DNA of 64,000 nucleotides from Octopus vulgaris (GCA_951406725.2 OX597814.1:42346001-42410000); one strand, 5' to 3'. Positions 13,842 through 28,335 are shown, counted from the first letter of the stretch. Translations and numbers: made by a program. Notes: generated by a model not told the origin, from the letters alone.

Positions 13842-14694
13842 TCTAATATATAAAATGAAGAAGGCGAACGTTGATACAAATTGGATTTTTATGTAAAATG
13901 GGGTCTAAAAGAGGCTGGAAGGGGATTAAAATTTACAGAATTGGGTACCTTAAGGTGAGAAATAGATTGGGAAACGTTTTGGGGCGCTACAGTGGTTGCT
14001 TTGGTGTGAAATGGGGATTTTATTGATTTTAGGGGACACTTGGGGGGTCTAGATTGGAACCTTTTGCCCGATTTCAATCAAATTTTCAACATGGTAAAGT
14101 GGAAGCGGATTTGTAATTTAGGCGCAGAAAATAGGTTCGAAATATTGAAAATTAAGGCAAGATTTTTGAAGTTGAAAACATTTCTCATTTTTACGTATTT
14201 TTGCCTTTTATATTTTTTATTGTTAACAGTTTTCATCTTTTCTGAAAGAAATTTACTGCTGCATGTAGCCCGTGTTTAGAACTTTCATTTGCATGGTCAA
14301 TCGTCGAAAAATCCCAATATAAATACTAAATTTAACAAAGAAATCCTTTTCTTCCTTATTTTTAATCGCTCAAATAGTGGCACGTACAAAAGACATGTAT
14401 GCTTTCCGTTGTCACTGCCTGATATTTATGACTGATCTTTCAAAATATTTCTTTTCTCAATTTAGTCAAGATCTTTTGGTTATAAATGAGAGAGAGATAT
14501 ATATAGAGAAAGATAGAGAGTAAGAGAAAGTGAGTGAGAGTCCGAGAGAAAAGGAAGAGTAAGAGAGTGAGAAAGTGAGAAAGAAAAGAGAGAGACACAA
14601 AGAGGGAGAATGTGGCGATAAGAAACAGAAAGGAAGCAACAGAAAGTAACAACCACACCCTCACCTACGCGTAGAGCGGGTCACCTTAAGCTAG
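13842..14694 (+). mobile_element. Non-autonomous Helitron-like element
   Basis: A|TCtaatatataaaa 5' end; subterminal GC-rich hairpin (ctacgcgtag...gcgggt) then CTAG|T. Confidence 0.5.
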
Positions 14695-15272
14695 TCATTA
14701 CTAAAATTAAAAGGGTGGGAAAAGTTGTTATAAGTCAAACAGCTGTTTCCGGGGTCTCGGAGAACCATCATAATTTTGGTAGATGTAGTTCTTCACAAGA
14801 TGCGGCCAGATGAAATCAATCGTCATGTCACTATCATCGGGAGAGAAAAGATCTTACATTTCATATCTCAGTGCAAAGAAAATTCTTAGATGGAACGATT
14901 AAATGTGGAGAGCAAGTCATATTAGAGGGGGGAAGAAGGAGGTTTAGTGGGTTATGAGGAGTGTTAAGATAGGGAATAGGAGAGGATCGAGGAAAGTTAG
15001 TTCAAGAAGAGATTGGAAGTTAATAATAAGGATATTAAGGGAGGTGGTAAATGAGGTGGCGCAGAGAAACCCGAGTGGGGGCGTAATATAGATAGTAATG
15101 GAATGGAAGTCAGTTGTGTTGGCTTTGTCTATAGGTGTCAAAATTCAGGTATATTAGTTATGGAATTCTTGGAGATTGAGATAGTGAGAAAACGAAGAGC
15201 AATTAATGGAGGGAACGAATGTCTTGTTTGTTTTCTGTGTAAGTTTGACCTATTAATATACATATCTATATA

Positions 15273-15665
15273 CTAGCAGTATCGCCCAGCGTTACTCGGG
15301 TTTGTTTCGACCCTTTAGAATTGGAGTTTTTGAAAAGTAAAAAATTTGCATTATGTCGCTTGTTATTCTCTTTAAGTGAACATTTCTCTGGTTGAAATAC
15401 ATCAAAAGTTGGCGACACAGTAGTCAAAAAATCGTAAAAAATAGGGATTTTCATAGAAAAAAAGCACCTTCTTGAAGTAAATAATTTTTGGTGTCAACAT
15501 GGTACGATTTCAATTCTTCTTCTACGGAAGGAAAAGCCAGCAAGCCTTCTTCTATCATACTTTCAATTTTGGTCAACTTGCGCGCCAGTGTCTCGGAGGA
15601 AATAGTGTTAGTTGAAGGCTACCAAACCTGCTATACACAGACAACTCCAGCTTTATATATAGAGA
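15273..15665 (-). mobile_element. Non-autonomous Helitron
   Basis: Minus strand begins TCtctatatataaagctgg, ends cccgagtaacgctgggcgatactgCTAG; inserted between A and T; termini shared with 26730-27123. Confidence 0.75.
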
Positions 15666-16708
15666 TTTATGCTTAAATATCATTCTTCTAAATATCTCCA
15701 ATTTTTGCTTTCTCTCGTTTTGCATGTATACATATACAAATATTTTAAATTTCATACTCGAATTGTTATACTTACTATATATAATTTGTTAATCCACCTA
15801 ATTGTCTCTATAACCGCTCAACTTAATCCCTCTCATAGCCAATATTTATTCCGTTGAATTGATGCATTGTAAAGACGTCGGAGTTTAAATTTTAATATTT
15901 TGAGCACTTCTAAGTGTTTTGTATACTGAAAAACACTGGATCTCGTCTGCAGGCTGTATGCATATCTATGCATAATAAACTTTTACTTATGTAGTAATAT
16001 AAATATATATGAGGTACCATGATTGTATATGAAAATGTATATATATATACCATAATTGTATATTTAATTATACATATGCATATGTTTACATACCATAATA
16101 CACACACATAAATATATCGATATATATTATATATTTATTTATTTATTTATATACCCAGAGGGTGTTGTATGTATGCGTGGGTGTGTGTATGTTAGAGAGT
16201 GACAGAGGGAGTTAGATGTAAGAGGTTACAGAGAAGAGACAGAAATATTGCAATGAACAAACATGGCGGGCAGCTTGAGGGACCGAAACCTTTCTAAATA
16301 ATGAAGGAAAGAGGTGGATTTTATTTTCCAACTACTTTTAGTCTTTGGATAGTGTCCAACTTAAGACCTAATATCGACAGATTATTAAATTAGATAGAGC
16401 CAGTTACTATTTATTTTATCGATTTATACATATTTTCCCGACCTTGGAAATATGAACAGCATAGGTGAACGGGCAAGCGTTGAACTCAGGTGACGTAACC
16501 ATACGAAACAATGTAATTTTTTGACGTACTATCCATATTGCTTTCTATCAATATTTAAGCAAATTTTGGTATATACATACATATTTATATCTGTGTGTGT
16601 GCATGTGTGTGTTTCTGTATGTGTATGTGTTGTAATATGTGTGTGTATATATGTGCATGTGCATGCGTGATAAATGGGAATAAACGTACACACACACACG
16701 TATATATA

Positions 16709-17001
16709 TGGCCCAATGGTTAGGGCAGCGGACTCGCGGTTGAAGGATCGCGGTTTCGATTCCCAGACCGGGCGTTGTGAATGTTTATTGAGCGAAAACA
16801 CCTAAAAGCTCCACGACGCTCCGGCAGGGGGGGGGGGTGATCCCTGCTGTACTCTTTCACCACTCTTTCTCCCACTCTTTCTTCTGTTGGCCTTCTCTCT
16901 TAGCCAGCGGGGTGGCGTCATTCGAAGGCTAAAACAATGCGAACGCATTGTGACCAGCGATGTGTAACTACATCTGATGGACTAGTCGGTCACGTGATCA
17001 A

Positions 17002-17005
<4 letters not shown>
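16709..17005 (+). mobile_element. tRNA-derived SINE family B
   Basis: A-box-like tggcccaatgg, B-box-like ttcgattcc; body matches the reverse complement of 61961-62207. Confidence 0.85.
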
Positions 17006-17038
<33 letters not shown>

Positions 17039-17570
17039 GGTCGTATATGTTTAATCGCGCATTTATTTATGTATGTATTATGTGATTAAGTACGTTTCTG
17101 GACGGACTTCAATTCCGTTTAGATCCGATGATGTAAACTGTTTGGTAGTTACGAGTTTTTAACCCAACCTATTAGTCCTAAATTTGTGTAGGCAGCATGA
17201 AGATCTAATAAACTGACATATTTCTAATGTTCGTGGGCATTCATGGCAAATTCAATATTTCATTGACGAGCATTTCGTAACTGGTATGGAAAATGGTAAA
17301 TGCTTATTTCGCTTTAAAATAAGCACACAGAAGCACTAAATTAATTTCACTTTACACAACAATGTAATATCAAGCTTAAAATATTTCTCTGACGCAGTAA
17401 GCAACCAACGGTAACTAGGTATCTGTTTATATATTTATTTATCTACCTATCTAACTGTCTCTCTATCAATGCATCTATTTATCTATGTGGTTGATTCGTC
17501 TGTCTGCCTCTATGTCTTCATGTTTGTCTGTCTGTCTATCTATCAGAATATCATCATATATACATATATA

Positions 17571-18000
17571 TGGCAACTTAGGCAAGTGCCTTCTACTAAA
17601 ATCTCGGGTCGACCGAAGTCTTGTGAGTGGATTCGGTTAACGGGGGCTGAAAGAAGCCCTTCGTATATATGTACATGTGTGTGTGTGTGCATACGTGCGT
17701 GCGCGTTTGTGTCTTTTTGTCTGTGTTTCACCCCAACCATCAACTGACAACAGATGCTGGTGTGTTTACGTCCCCGTAACTAGGGATTCGGTGGGTTCAA
17801 ATTCCGCTGAGGTCGACTTTGCCTTTCATCCTTTCGGGGTCGATAAATTAAGTACCTGTTACGCACTGGGGTCGATGTAATCGACTTAATCCCTTTGTCT
17901 GTCCTTGTTTGTCCCCTCTGCATTTAGCCCCTTGTGGGTAGTAAAGAAATAGGTATAAGAAACCGACAGAATAAGAACCAAGCTTGTAAAAAAATAAGTA
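17571..18000 (+). mobile_element. SINE family C interrupted by a SINE family D copy (~17781-17957)
   Basis: Family C sequence stops at gtttacgtccccgtaac and resumes at gaaaccgacagaataag; the insert has gttcaaattcc and gcctttcatcctttcggggtcgataaattaagtacc (Meta/MESC-like central domain). Confidence 0.75.
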
Positions 18001-19017
18001 ATTTGTTGCGAACCTAATGTGGCAGTCACATATCGGGGCGTATGCGTGCTATATGCATTGTGTGCTTGCCTTGTAGTGTGTGTTAACACATGAAGGTATA
18101 CGTGTAGACATACGCAGAGATACGTATCTAGTTTTAAAAAATCGCCACAGCCTACGCACAAGCAGATATACAGACGTACACACATACTGGAATACATTCA
18201 AATAAAAAAATAACTCACGTATTCAAACACTCACACATTCAACCAAACACACATATGAACATACATCCTCGCTCACAGAACCGACTCAACCACACGGATA
18301 GACACACACATACACCCACGCACGGAAACGTGTGCAAACACGCAGCTGCTCACACACACAACCCAAACATGTTCTCCCTTCTACCTACCCGCAAAAGCAA
18401 CTACAATCTTCAGCCTTGAAATTTTACTGTATGAAAGTAAATCACAGCAGATCCGAGACCGAACTGTCCACGAACAAAACGTCGTAGAAATCTAACGCAC
18501 GGTCAAAGAAATATAAGTCACGGTTGGCCTGTTTGAAATTCTATTAACAAATCCATTCACAAGGTTTGGTGGCGACAAACTATACGAGATGACACTTTTA
18601 CTGCCTGTCTCAGTCGCTCTTTTTTTACTCTTGTGGGTATAAGGTAGTTAGCAGCAGCTAGTTTGATATGAAGTATTGTGTTTGATTAAGAAGCAGGCGT
18701 AGTAGAGAAAGGAGGAGGCGGAGAAGAAGAAGAAGAAGAAGAAGGAGGAGGAGGAGGAGGAGTAAAAGAAGAAGAAGAAGAAGAAGAAGAAGAAGAAGAA
18801 GAAGAAGAAGAAGAAGAAGAAGAAGAAGAAGAAGAAGAATGCGGGAGTGGCATGACAGTAGCAGGATGTTAAAAGAAAATCTCCCCTTGCATTTGAAAAC
18901 TGGGAAAATATATTTAAAAAAAAACATTTCATTTAATTTTTCCACAATTTAATTGTTTTTCATATTGTCGCAATGACTGAAATACTGAAACCAGTACTAA
19001 AATATTTTTCATGATAA

Positions 19018-19097
<80 letters not shown>

Positions 19098-19149
19098 ATA
19101 TCTTACATTAATGATATTTTTTACCACTAGAATGAAAAGCTCTATATCA

Positions 19150-20250
19150 GTGGCATCCAAGCAGAACAATGCCGATGAAATAAATGTGTAGAACCCGCAG
19201 GGGATGCATGTTGAAAGGTAGAATTCCCTTGATCATATTCACTGGGATTATCGTAGTCAGCCTATGAAGTTTCTCTGATGATCGTGTGCCAGTGGTCTAG
19301 CATATTCCACAAAAATCCGAAAATTTAAAAATTGCGATATGACGATATTATTATTGCGCTACAAGTTCTCAGTCATGCGTTTTTACATGTTGGAAAACAT
19401 ATGACACTGAGATAGGTCCAAACCAGATTGGTAGGGAGAGTGTCCACGAGCTCAATTCGAAATCATGTACAATTTGAACCAAGTTCTTGTGTGCTGGAGC
19501 ACTCTCTTGAGGAAATGATACTCATTTCTTCAGTTTTCCTTGGTGTCTTTTTTTTTTCTTGAAAACCTTTTTTCACTGAATGAACAAGTTGGTCTACTAT
19601 TTTCCATTGATGGTGCGGCCCTTTTCAAGATAGTCAATAAACTCCATTGTCTTTTGTATCGCCAAAAACCTAAGGTCATTAACGTCTCTGCATATGAAAG
19701 GACCCATAACATTTTTCCGTGTATATGAGGTGTGTTTCGACTACATGATAGTCTTTGGCTTATTTTGATGAACCGACTACTCATCCTGGATTAGGAAACG
19801 TTTAACGTACCCACCTGGATCTGCGCATACAATGTCAGATTTTGCCGAAGTGTGACCAGACTGATCAGTTGTGCGAATATGCGGTCAAGTTCATTGAGCA
19901 GAATATTCTCAGCTCTTGCAAAAGATATGCTTATAGCATTGGCTATTTGATTCCCACCAGCGTTTAGTGAACACGATCAATTTTCGTAAGGGTTGGCTGT
20001 TGCAGGACATACATGCCTTAGGTCATCTTCAAGACTCTCCCTTCCTCTCCTAAATTCAGCAGCCCACTATTGTACTGTTGATAAAAATGGAGCATCATCT
20101 CTTAATGTAGCAACCATTTCAGCATAAATGTTCTTGGTGTTTAAAGATTTATTTTTTCTGAAGATATTTGAGAACAACTTAATATCATGTTGCATAGTCA
20201 AATGTTAAATTTCGTCCAGTTTGAAGAAAAATCACAGTTTAGCTGGAATA
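19150..20250 (-). mobile_element. Heavily decayed mariner-family transposase relic
   Basis: Minus-strand remnants RFLIQDE (~19790), FPQESAPAH (~19500) and HSPYQSGLDLSQCHMF (~19420) resemble TGDE, HQDNAPAH and HPPYSPDLAPSDFHLF in the correct order; boundaries approximate. Confidence 0.55.
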
Positions 20251-21515
20251 AAATAATACAGTAAGGAAGAAAAAAGTTTGATTTAATGTAGGCAAAATTT
20301 TGTAGCTCTAGACACATTTGTTTATTGTCAGCAAATGTTGCTAAATATATATATGCACGCTGTGTCCTTAATAAATTACGGGCATCTTATATGAGTTTAT
20401 GGATAACGTACTGGAAAATTCAAATGTAAAAAATAAGAAAGGCTGATATATTAAATACATACTACATAATAAAGGTATATTTTTCTTCATTTATGTTTAT
20501 TCTTTTAAAACATTTGTCAATATAATTTCCGTCTCAACGCCCTCCTACAATTCACTAAATGCGTTTTGCCATTACAAACACTATTCCTTAATCGTATTAT
20601 ATTTATCTATTTATTCATTTTTTTACCTTACAGCTTTCACAGTACTGAGTGTCTACTTGATAATTTGTGTTTATACACCATTAAATGTCTAATCAAATCG
20701 ATAATTCTGAACCTAGCATGAATTCGTTTTTTTTTTCCTGGGAATACGCCTAGTAATGAAATAGCAACGCCTGACTCACATCTTAAATAATGACACATCG
20801 GTCACAAGCGTACAGAAGTCAAATGATGTTTTTCGATAACAAAATAGTCACTAAGTGAAAATAGGAAACGGAGAAAATTATTAACACTAGATAATATGCA
20901 TCGATTAAATGTTTTTTGTTAACTTGGTTTTAATTTTCTGTTTTGCCAGATATATTCAGTCAATTATATGTCAAGCATTGCATTAATTATACATATTTTA
21001 TTTTTCTTTCGGAATGGAAGTCGTAGGTGTACTTGGCTATCTAATATTTATCTATTAAATTTCCAATGGTAGATATCTGGTGGTATCAAAAATATATTAT
21101 GCTGTGGAAACAATGTGCAGGATAGACATAGAGAGAAAGAGAGTGAGGGAGAGAGAGAGAGAAAGAAAGATATACAGACAGAAGAAAAGAAAGAAAAAAG
21201 AGAGCAATTCAAACGGCGCTACTGGGATGTAGAATGCCCACTATACTTTGTGCGTATGTGTATATGTATAAGTGTGTGTGTGTGTGCCAGTGGTCATTGT
21301 TTAACTTACTCCCCCCTTTACCTGACGATTTAACGCATGCATCTTGGGGCAACTCGTGGTAGTACTTATTGAACATCTAGCATTCCTCTTAACTATTATA
21401 ATTACACTATTCCTGATTCCCTTCTTCACAGTGTTTTTAAATATGTCCTACATACAGAGATTTCTGACTACCGATATGTTAATAACAGTAATCTCAACTT
21501 CCGTTGTATAATAAT

Positions 21516-21731
21516 GGTTTGAAATTTTGGCACAAAGCCAGCAACTTTGAGAGTGGGGGTACGGGTCGATTATATCGAATTCAGCATTCCACTGGCATTT
21601 ATTTCATCCAGCAAGAAAGGATGAAAAACAAAGTCAGCCTCGGCGAAATTAGAACTCATTGCGTGAAGACGGACGGAATAAAATTAACCATTTTTTCCGT
21701 CGTGATACGGATTCTCCAAAATCGCCGCCTT
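21516..21731 (-). mobile_element. SINE family D, diverged copy
   Basis: gaaaggatgaaaaacaaagtcagcctcggcgaaattagaactc resembles the reverse complement of the 17790/35560 copies. Confidence 0.6.
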
Positions 21732-24700
21732 AATAGTCAAAAATATTATGCAAATGTCAGAATGAGTGTACGGGCTTAAAAATATCACATGGCAGAAGAG
21801 ACACGACTTCCGAGATATTTAACCCAAGGATTATGAAGCATATGACAGTATATTATTAAGTAGGGGGTTCTTAATGGTTGACACCGAACCTCAAAAGGAA
21901 CCGTCACATTTTCTCGGGTACTATAAGTATAATATTACAAAATATATGTTGAATTAAATAATCATGATAGATATATGTGTATAACTGTTTCAGATATTAG
22001 AATGTATCTATATGCTATGAATCTTATTCTATCGAAATGTAAATAACATATTTAGTAAATAAATTTCAATTTACTAAGCGATGAAATCACCTGTGTATTT
22101 TAGCAGCGATTTAGGAAATACATTTCCCAGTTGGATCAAAATAATTTCTTTCGAGATAATAAAATGCAAACACTAATAAGTTTAAAATATATCTCCAGAC
22201 GTTTTTGGGTAGTGGAGAGTGATATAAGCATTTCACAAGAGATTATAATATTTGTGTGTAATCTGATTACAAAATTGAAGCCGGATATTTGATATCATCG
22301 GTTAAAGACATATCTAAACTAATGTTAAACTGTCTGCGGATGGACAGACTGAAATTCAACTTCGTATTATTCTGGTTCATTATTGAAACCATATGCCTGT
22401 TTATTACTGATCTATATTCTATCAAAATCGTAGGAACCAGTGGTGAAATACGGTATTTCTTTGTACCAGACACCAAGCAATGCCATTAGATTTGCAAAGT
22501 GCCAGGCATTCGATAGATGGGTACAATTCAATCAGTAGTGGTAATTTGATGATTCTTATATCACGGTGGTGAGAAAACATGGGGTTAGAAGATAAACGAC
22601 GAATAGATTATGTACAAAAAGACCCTTATGGTTGATTATAGAGTTTCTTCCATTTCAGTTAGTAACTATATTAAAGAAATAAAAAAGGAATCTTATATAG
22701 GCAAATTCTAAGTAAGACAATACAGTCAATTTAGAGGACAGTACGCATCACAGACATTTGTCGTAAAAAGAGACTTGTCACTGATGACCTTCAATTTAAA
22801 ATAAAAATAGATAAATATGAGAAGTAGCGAGTTAGAAAAAGATTATATTTGCCCTACAACTGCTCCTCTTATTCAATTCCTCTGTACATTTCAACCTGGA
22901 GAAACACTGTAAATTATATAACATTTGATCTGGCTTTCTCCGTCTCTGACAATACATCATTCTACATAGTTACAACAGTTCCTACCACAATAACTACACA
23001 GGTTCTAATCAAAACAATTAATATGAAATATTCGTTTTCCGTATTTATTCAAAGACAGAGTAAGTATTATGAGAGAACTGGGTTGTCTCCTATCAGGAAA
23101 TCCATACACCTTGTTAATTGAGTGACGGTGTTCCACCATATTCCAGTGGTCGATCCGATCTGCGTTCTTGATGTAATTATCACTGGCATAATCACGTAGC
23201 TATCCAGATTAAGATGAGACGTAAGAAATCAAAATATTATCTCCGTTTTCATTTGAGATAATAATGTTTCTAATATGTATGAAAGTGCTTTTGAACTTAA
23301 TACGCGCATATCGGTCACATCATCATCTCATGCTTATCAACAAAGACCGTAACGATATCCATATTATACCTGTCATTTTATCGCCATTATTTTAACAAGC
23401 AGCGGTTTCTCTATGAATATTTCTTATTTAAGCCTAAATTACCCCTTCTGCTCTGTCATCACCATGATAACCATTATATTCCGACTAGGTTAGCACTACA
23501 TGAAATAAGGTGGCAAGAAGACAGAATCTTTAGCAGATCGGATAAATTGCTTAGCAGCATTTCAGCCATCTTTACGTTCAAATACCACATCAAAGAGGAG
23601 AACCCTCCTCCCACAAGACCTTCGTCAGAAAAAAAAACCAACTTTCCTCTTATTCTGTCACTCACTCCCCTAAAGGACTATGATTTGAATGCCGACAGCG
23701 GTAGCAGCGACACCAGCAATAAAAACACCACCATCATACACAAGCAAAGCACTACCACCAATACCATACCAAGTACAACCAGAAACAGCATCGTAAAAAA
23801 ATGAGGAAATGGTGAACAAGAAAATAGGGCAAAATGTACAACGACACCAAAGAAACAATAATAAGACCACCAATAAAATAACATCTATAATAAAAGAAAA
23901 ATCCACATCAAAGTGCTACGTGGTTAGTACCAAAAAAATGAGATGTTACCGCTAGCTCAGAATTGCAAAAAACAAGGAACTGGGTCAATACAAAACAAAT
24001 TATTAAATTTGAATGGTAAGATAGCAGTACGCGTGCCTCTTGAAATCGTGGAAAAGCAAGAAAATGAAATATTTCTTTACATATGTGTCTCACATAGGAA
24101 AAGGTGAGTCGAACTGGCTACAACCACTCAAATGAAGAAGGCTCTGAAGGACATTTTAGATGATGTGGCGCACAGGCAAAGACGAAGGCAGCTTGCCGGT
24201 ATCGAGTTCTTCTACAAAATTGAGGACCTCACGCGAAAATATTAGGTGAGGACCTGTTGGAACGAGGAGTGGGTAATGTACCCAACATAACTCTCAGGAG
24301 GGTAAGTATATCTAGTGATACGCCTTGCGAGAACGTCTTGTGGACGGTGGCCTGCGTCGTACTAGAGGATCGGGTGACTCTCCTAGAGGTTAAATCAAAC
24401 AACAGAGAGAAATGTTCCGGCATAAATATAAAGGTAATGCTTTATGTGAAGCCCCAAAACAGAAACAAAAATCCCAGTTCTTATACAGCTTCACAGCGGC
24501 GTCAAATTAGAAGTTGTCTTAGGAAGTAGAAAGATTAAATGCAACTTTGTTTCCAAGCCACCCCAGAACAAGAAGCTTCAGGCCATCCCTACTCCCTATA
24601 TCGCACACTGCACAACACTAACAAGAATGACTATATATCATACTTTAATCTCATCTTAAACAACAACAACAACAACAACAACAGCAAGAGAAACAGCCGG

Positions 24701-25119
24701 AACAACAAAATTATTATGAACTAGAATCACAAAAGCAACACCAACAATTTTACCAGTAGCTGTGAAACCAAGAAGACTGCCAGATACAACAGGTGAGACA
24801 AAAGCCCAGAAACCTGGCATCGCCACCATCACCAACAGCGACAAGTAAAACAATGGAAAGAAGAAATTAGAGCTCAACTTAAACCAGCCCTCCCTCTCTG
24901 CTCTCTCAAACACACACTCACTCATAGACGCTCACACAAACATAAGCATATTCTCACATCCCGAAATAGATTCCACAGACACTGTTTCATGCAAATTTCG
25001 AAGTAAAACGAGGATATATGTCAAGACACAATAAACAAAAACGACACACGATAAAATCCATCTCACACTAATACAGACACACACCAGAAACCATGAGAAA
25101 ACTACAACAAACATAATTT

Positions 25120-25295
25120 TTCTCTTATAGTTCTTTGAGATCAGGCATTGTACTTTTGCAACGAGAATCATTCCTCCTGTTCCTTTATATAATCCAGAGT
25201 ATCTAAGCCGTTGTTGGATTTTACTTAAACTCGCTTCTCTGTCAAGCATCGCAGTGTGCTGGCCATGGAGTGATTTTTGTCTCCATTTCTTCTGT
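25120..25295 (-). mobile_element. R4/Dong-type LINE ORF fragment
   Basis: KWRQKSLHGQH...SGLYKGTGGMILVAKVQCLISKNYK resembles the WxxKxLHGQ...ETEGxIxAxQDQxLxTxNY region. Confidence 0.55.
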
Positions 25296-25298
25296 AAT

Positions 25299-25699
25299 GC
25301 AGGAGTGGCTGTGTGGTAAGTAGCTTGCTTACCAACCACATGGTTCCGGGTTCATTCCCACTGCGTGGCACCTTGGGCAAGTGTATTCTACTATAGCCTC
25401 GGGCCGACCAAAGCCTTGTGAGTGGATTTGGTAGACGGAAACTGAAAGAAGCCCGTCGTATATACGTATATATGTGTGTATATGTTTGAGTGTCTGTGTT
25501 TGTCCCCCCACCATTGCTTGACAACCTATGCTTGTGTGTTTAAGTCCACGTAACTTAGCAGTTCAGCAAAAGAGACTGATAGAATAAGTACTAGGCTTAC
25601 AAAGAATAAGTCCTGGGGTCGATTTACTCGATTAGAAGGTGGTGCTCCAGCATGGCCGCAGACAAATGACTGAAACAAGTAAAAGAGAGTAAAAGAGAA
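25299..25699 (+). mobile_element. SINE family C, near full length
   Basis: Pol III-like head gtggctgtgtggtaag...gggttcattcccac, internal TA/TG tract, conserved tail; many copies in the window. Confidence 0.9.
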
Positions 25700-25835
25700 T
25701 ATGTTTTGTAGTTTTGGTTTTACGTTGCTTTTGTCTCTTCGACTACTTATACTTTGTTGTCATCTGAGATCAGTGTTATAGTGTAGTTTATCTCTGTTTT
25801 GTATTTATTATATGCAGTAGTCGATATCTTTTTTT

Positions 25836-26210
25836 GTTTACTCTTTTACTCATTTACTTGTTTCAGTCATTTGACTGCGGCCATGCTGGAGCACCGTCTT
25901 TAATCGAGCAACTCGACCCAGGGACTTATTCTTTTGTAAGTCCAGTACTTATTTTATCGGTATATTTTGCCGAACCACTAAGTAACATAAACACACCAGC
26001 ATATGGGGACAAACACAGACACACAAACACACACACATATACATATATATATACATATATACGACGGGCTTCTTTCAGTTTCCGTCTACCAAATCCACTC
26101 ATAAGGCTTTGGTCGACCCGAGGCTATAGTAGAAGACACTTGCCCAAGGTACCACGCAGTGGGACTGAACTCGGAACCATGTGGTTGGTAAACATGCTAC
26201 TTACCACACA
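25836..26210 (-). mobile_element. SINE family C, inverted tail-to-tail with the 25299 copy
   Basis: Reverse complement of 25299-25699, ~135 bp away. Confidence 0.9.
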
Positions 26211-26379
26211 TTGTGTAATGCATTTCAGTGTTTAATTTACTTAATCTCAAAGATACTAACGTTAGAGATTCTACAAGAAATATCAACCGATCTTTCTCAA
26301 ATGAAACTATGCCGACCGCAAACTGAATGTGTAGGAATAACGTAGGACCAAAAGAAACAAATAAATATATAACAATGAT

Positions 26380-26690
26380 TGCGTGTTAAAATATTTCCTT
26401 CCCAGCCACATGGTTTAGGGTTTTCACCCACTGCGTGGCCCCTTGGGTGAGTGGTTTTCATAGACGGTAAAATGTATGGAACTCGTCGTCTGCATGTGAT
26501 TACCTTCTACCACTGCTTCATAACCAGTGTTGGTTTGCTTATAACCCCATAATCTAACACTTCCACAATAGAACCCAATAAAATGAATACGAGGTCTTAA
26601 AAATAAGTACTAGGGTTGGCTTGTTCTACGAAATACTTAAAATTAGTCGCTGAACATAGTCGGTGTCCAAAGACTAAAACAAGTAAAAGA
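26380..26690 (+). mobile_element. SINE family C, old diverged copy
   Basis: ccacatggtttagggttttcacccactgcgtggccccttggg ... aataagtactaggg ... aaacaagtaaaaga. Confidence 0.6.
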
Positions 26691-26729
26691 AGGTAAACTA
26701 AAAAAATGTCATGAAAATAATATATATAA

Positions 26730-27123
26730 CTAGCAGTATCGCCCGGCGTTGCTCGGGTTTGTAAGGGCAATAACTATATAAGCATTTTTAGAGAGTTATA
26801 GCCAAAAAATAGCAAAAAAATGCATTAAAAATGGAAAACAAATTATAGTAAATTTTTTTAAATCGTTGACTCATCGTAGACATTTTTAGAGAGTTACTTC
26901 CCTTATATTTAAAAAAATATGCGTTAAAATGCAAAAAAATGATGGTAAATTATTTTAAAAATCGTAGACTCATCGTAGACGCGCGCTAATACACAGAAGG
27001 GCTTGATATGAATCACGACTATAAGATACCCGGTTTTGGTTAAACTGCACCGCAAAATGTGGGAGTAGTTAGGAATCTAAATCGAAGGGGACAGACACAC
27101 AACTACAGTTTTATATATATAGA
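26730..27123 (-). mobile_element. Non-autonomous Helitron with internal ~100-bp tandem duplication
   Basis: Minus strand TCtatatatataaaactg... cccgagcaacgccgggcgatactgCTAG; A|T target; catttttagagagtta...gactcatcgtagac occurs twice. Confidence 0.75.
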
Positions 27124-27629
27124 TATATAGCGTTAAGCGAAATTAATCATGATGGTGTGATTCTTTTTCCATGTAGTGTTTATTTTAGAGCTACATGTAC
27201 AAAGAAGATCCCTCCTTTCGAAGTGTTAGAATCACTTATATTGCGGAGGACATGAATTAGTGCTCAGAAGATTTTACATGCATAAATCCATCATCAAATG
27301 CAAGTGAATATTTTACGGCACTTATTGATAATAACATTGTACATGTTATTGTAAAAGAGGCTTACATAATAGTCTTGTATTTATTTAAATTGTAATTAAT
27401 TGTAAAACGCTAGTTACAAAATCTCGTATAAAATTTACCCATTTACCAAACGCTTTCATGTAACACTTTCCCGCTATTTAAGGGTTGATATTTCACTTAA
27501 TAGAAGTAGTCATAATACATACCAACTTCAGAAAATGAACCTGCTACATGTTATAGTATTAAGAAAAATCAAATTAGTATCTTGAAATGGTTTACCAACG
27601 AAATATATGAAATTATGTGAGACATGACA

Positions 27630-27835
27630 AACTTTGGCACAATGACAGCAATTTGGGAAGAAGAGATAACACGATTAGATCAACTCCAATGCTCAGCTGA
27701 TTTTTATTTTATCGACTCGAAAGAATAAAATGCAAAGTCTATCTCATCGAAATTTGAATTTGGAACGTAAAACGGACGAAATACCGCTAAGCATTTTTCT
27801 CGGCCTGATAACTATTCTGCCTACTCGCCGCCTTC
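27630..27835 (-). mobile_element. SINE family D, diverged copy
   Basis: tttatcgactcgaaagaataaaatgcaaagtc...gaaataccgctaagcatttt. Confidence 0.6.
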
Positions 27836-27871
27836 AACTTAGTATAAATATGAAGATTAATTGCGTAATAT

Positions 27872-28109
27872 CTTCTTTTATTCTTTTATTTGTTTCAGTC
27901 ATTTGACTGCGGCCATGCTGGAGCACCGCCTTTAGTCGAGCAAATCGACCCCCAGGACTTATTATTTGTAAGCCTAGTACTTATTATATCGGTCTCTCTT
28001 GCTGAACCGCTAAGTAACGTGGACGTAAACACACAAACATCGGTTGTCAAGCGATGTTGGGGGGGGGGCATTCACAGACACACAAACATACACACATACA
28101 CACACACAC

Positions 28110-28171
<62 letters not shown>

Positions 28172-28335
28172 TATATGTAGAAAAATACAAACTAGGACAG
28201 GAACGTAAACATTTAGAAGACGATACAAAAAACACGGACCTTCGAAGCCTTCAATCTTCAGTCATGAGGGAATATTATTCCAAACTTACAGTGAAAAATT
28301 CAATTTAGAAATACTAAATTAAGTTTCACAAAATG

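Noticed and set aside
23110-23200. Possible minus-strand exon (LRDYASDNYIKNADRIDHWNMVEHRHSINK)
   Set aside because: Weak splice donor, no recognisable homology and no partner exons
23500-24900. Possible LINE ORF1/gag-like relic
   Set aside because: Composition is suggestive but I could not identify a reliable motif
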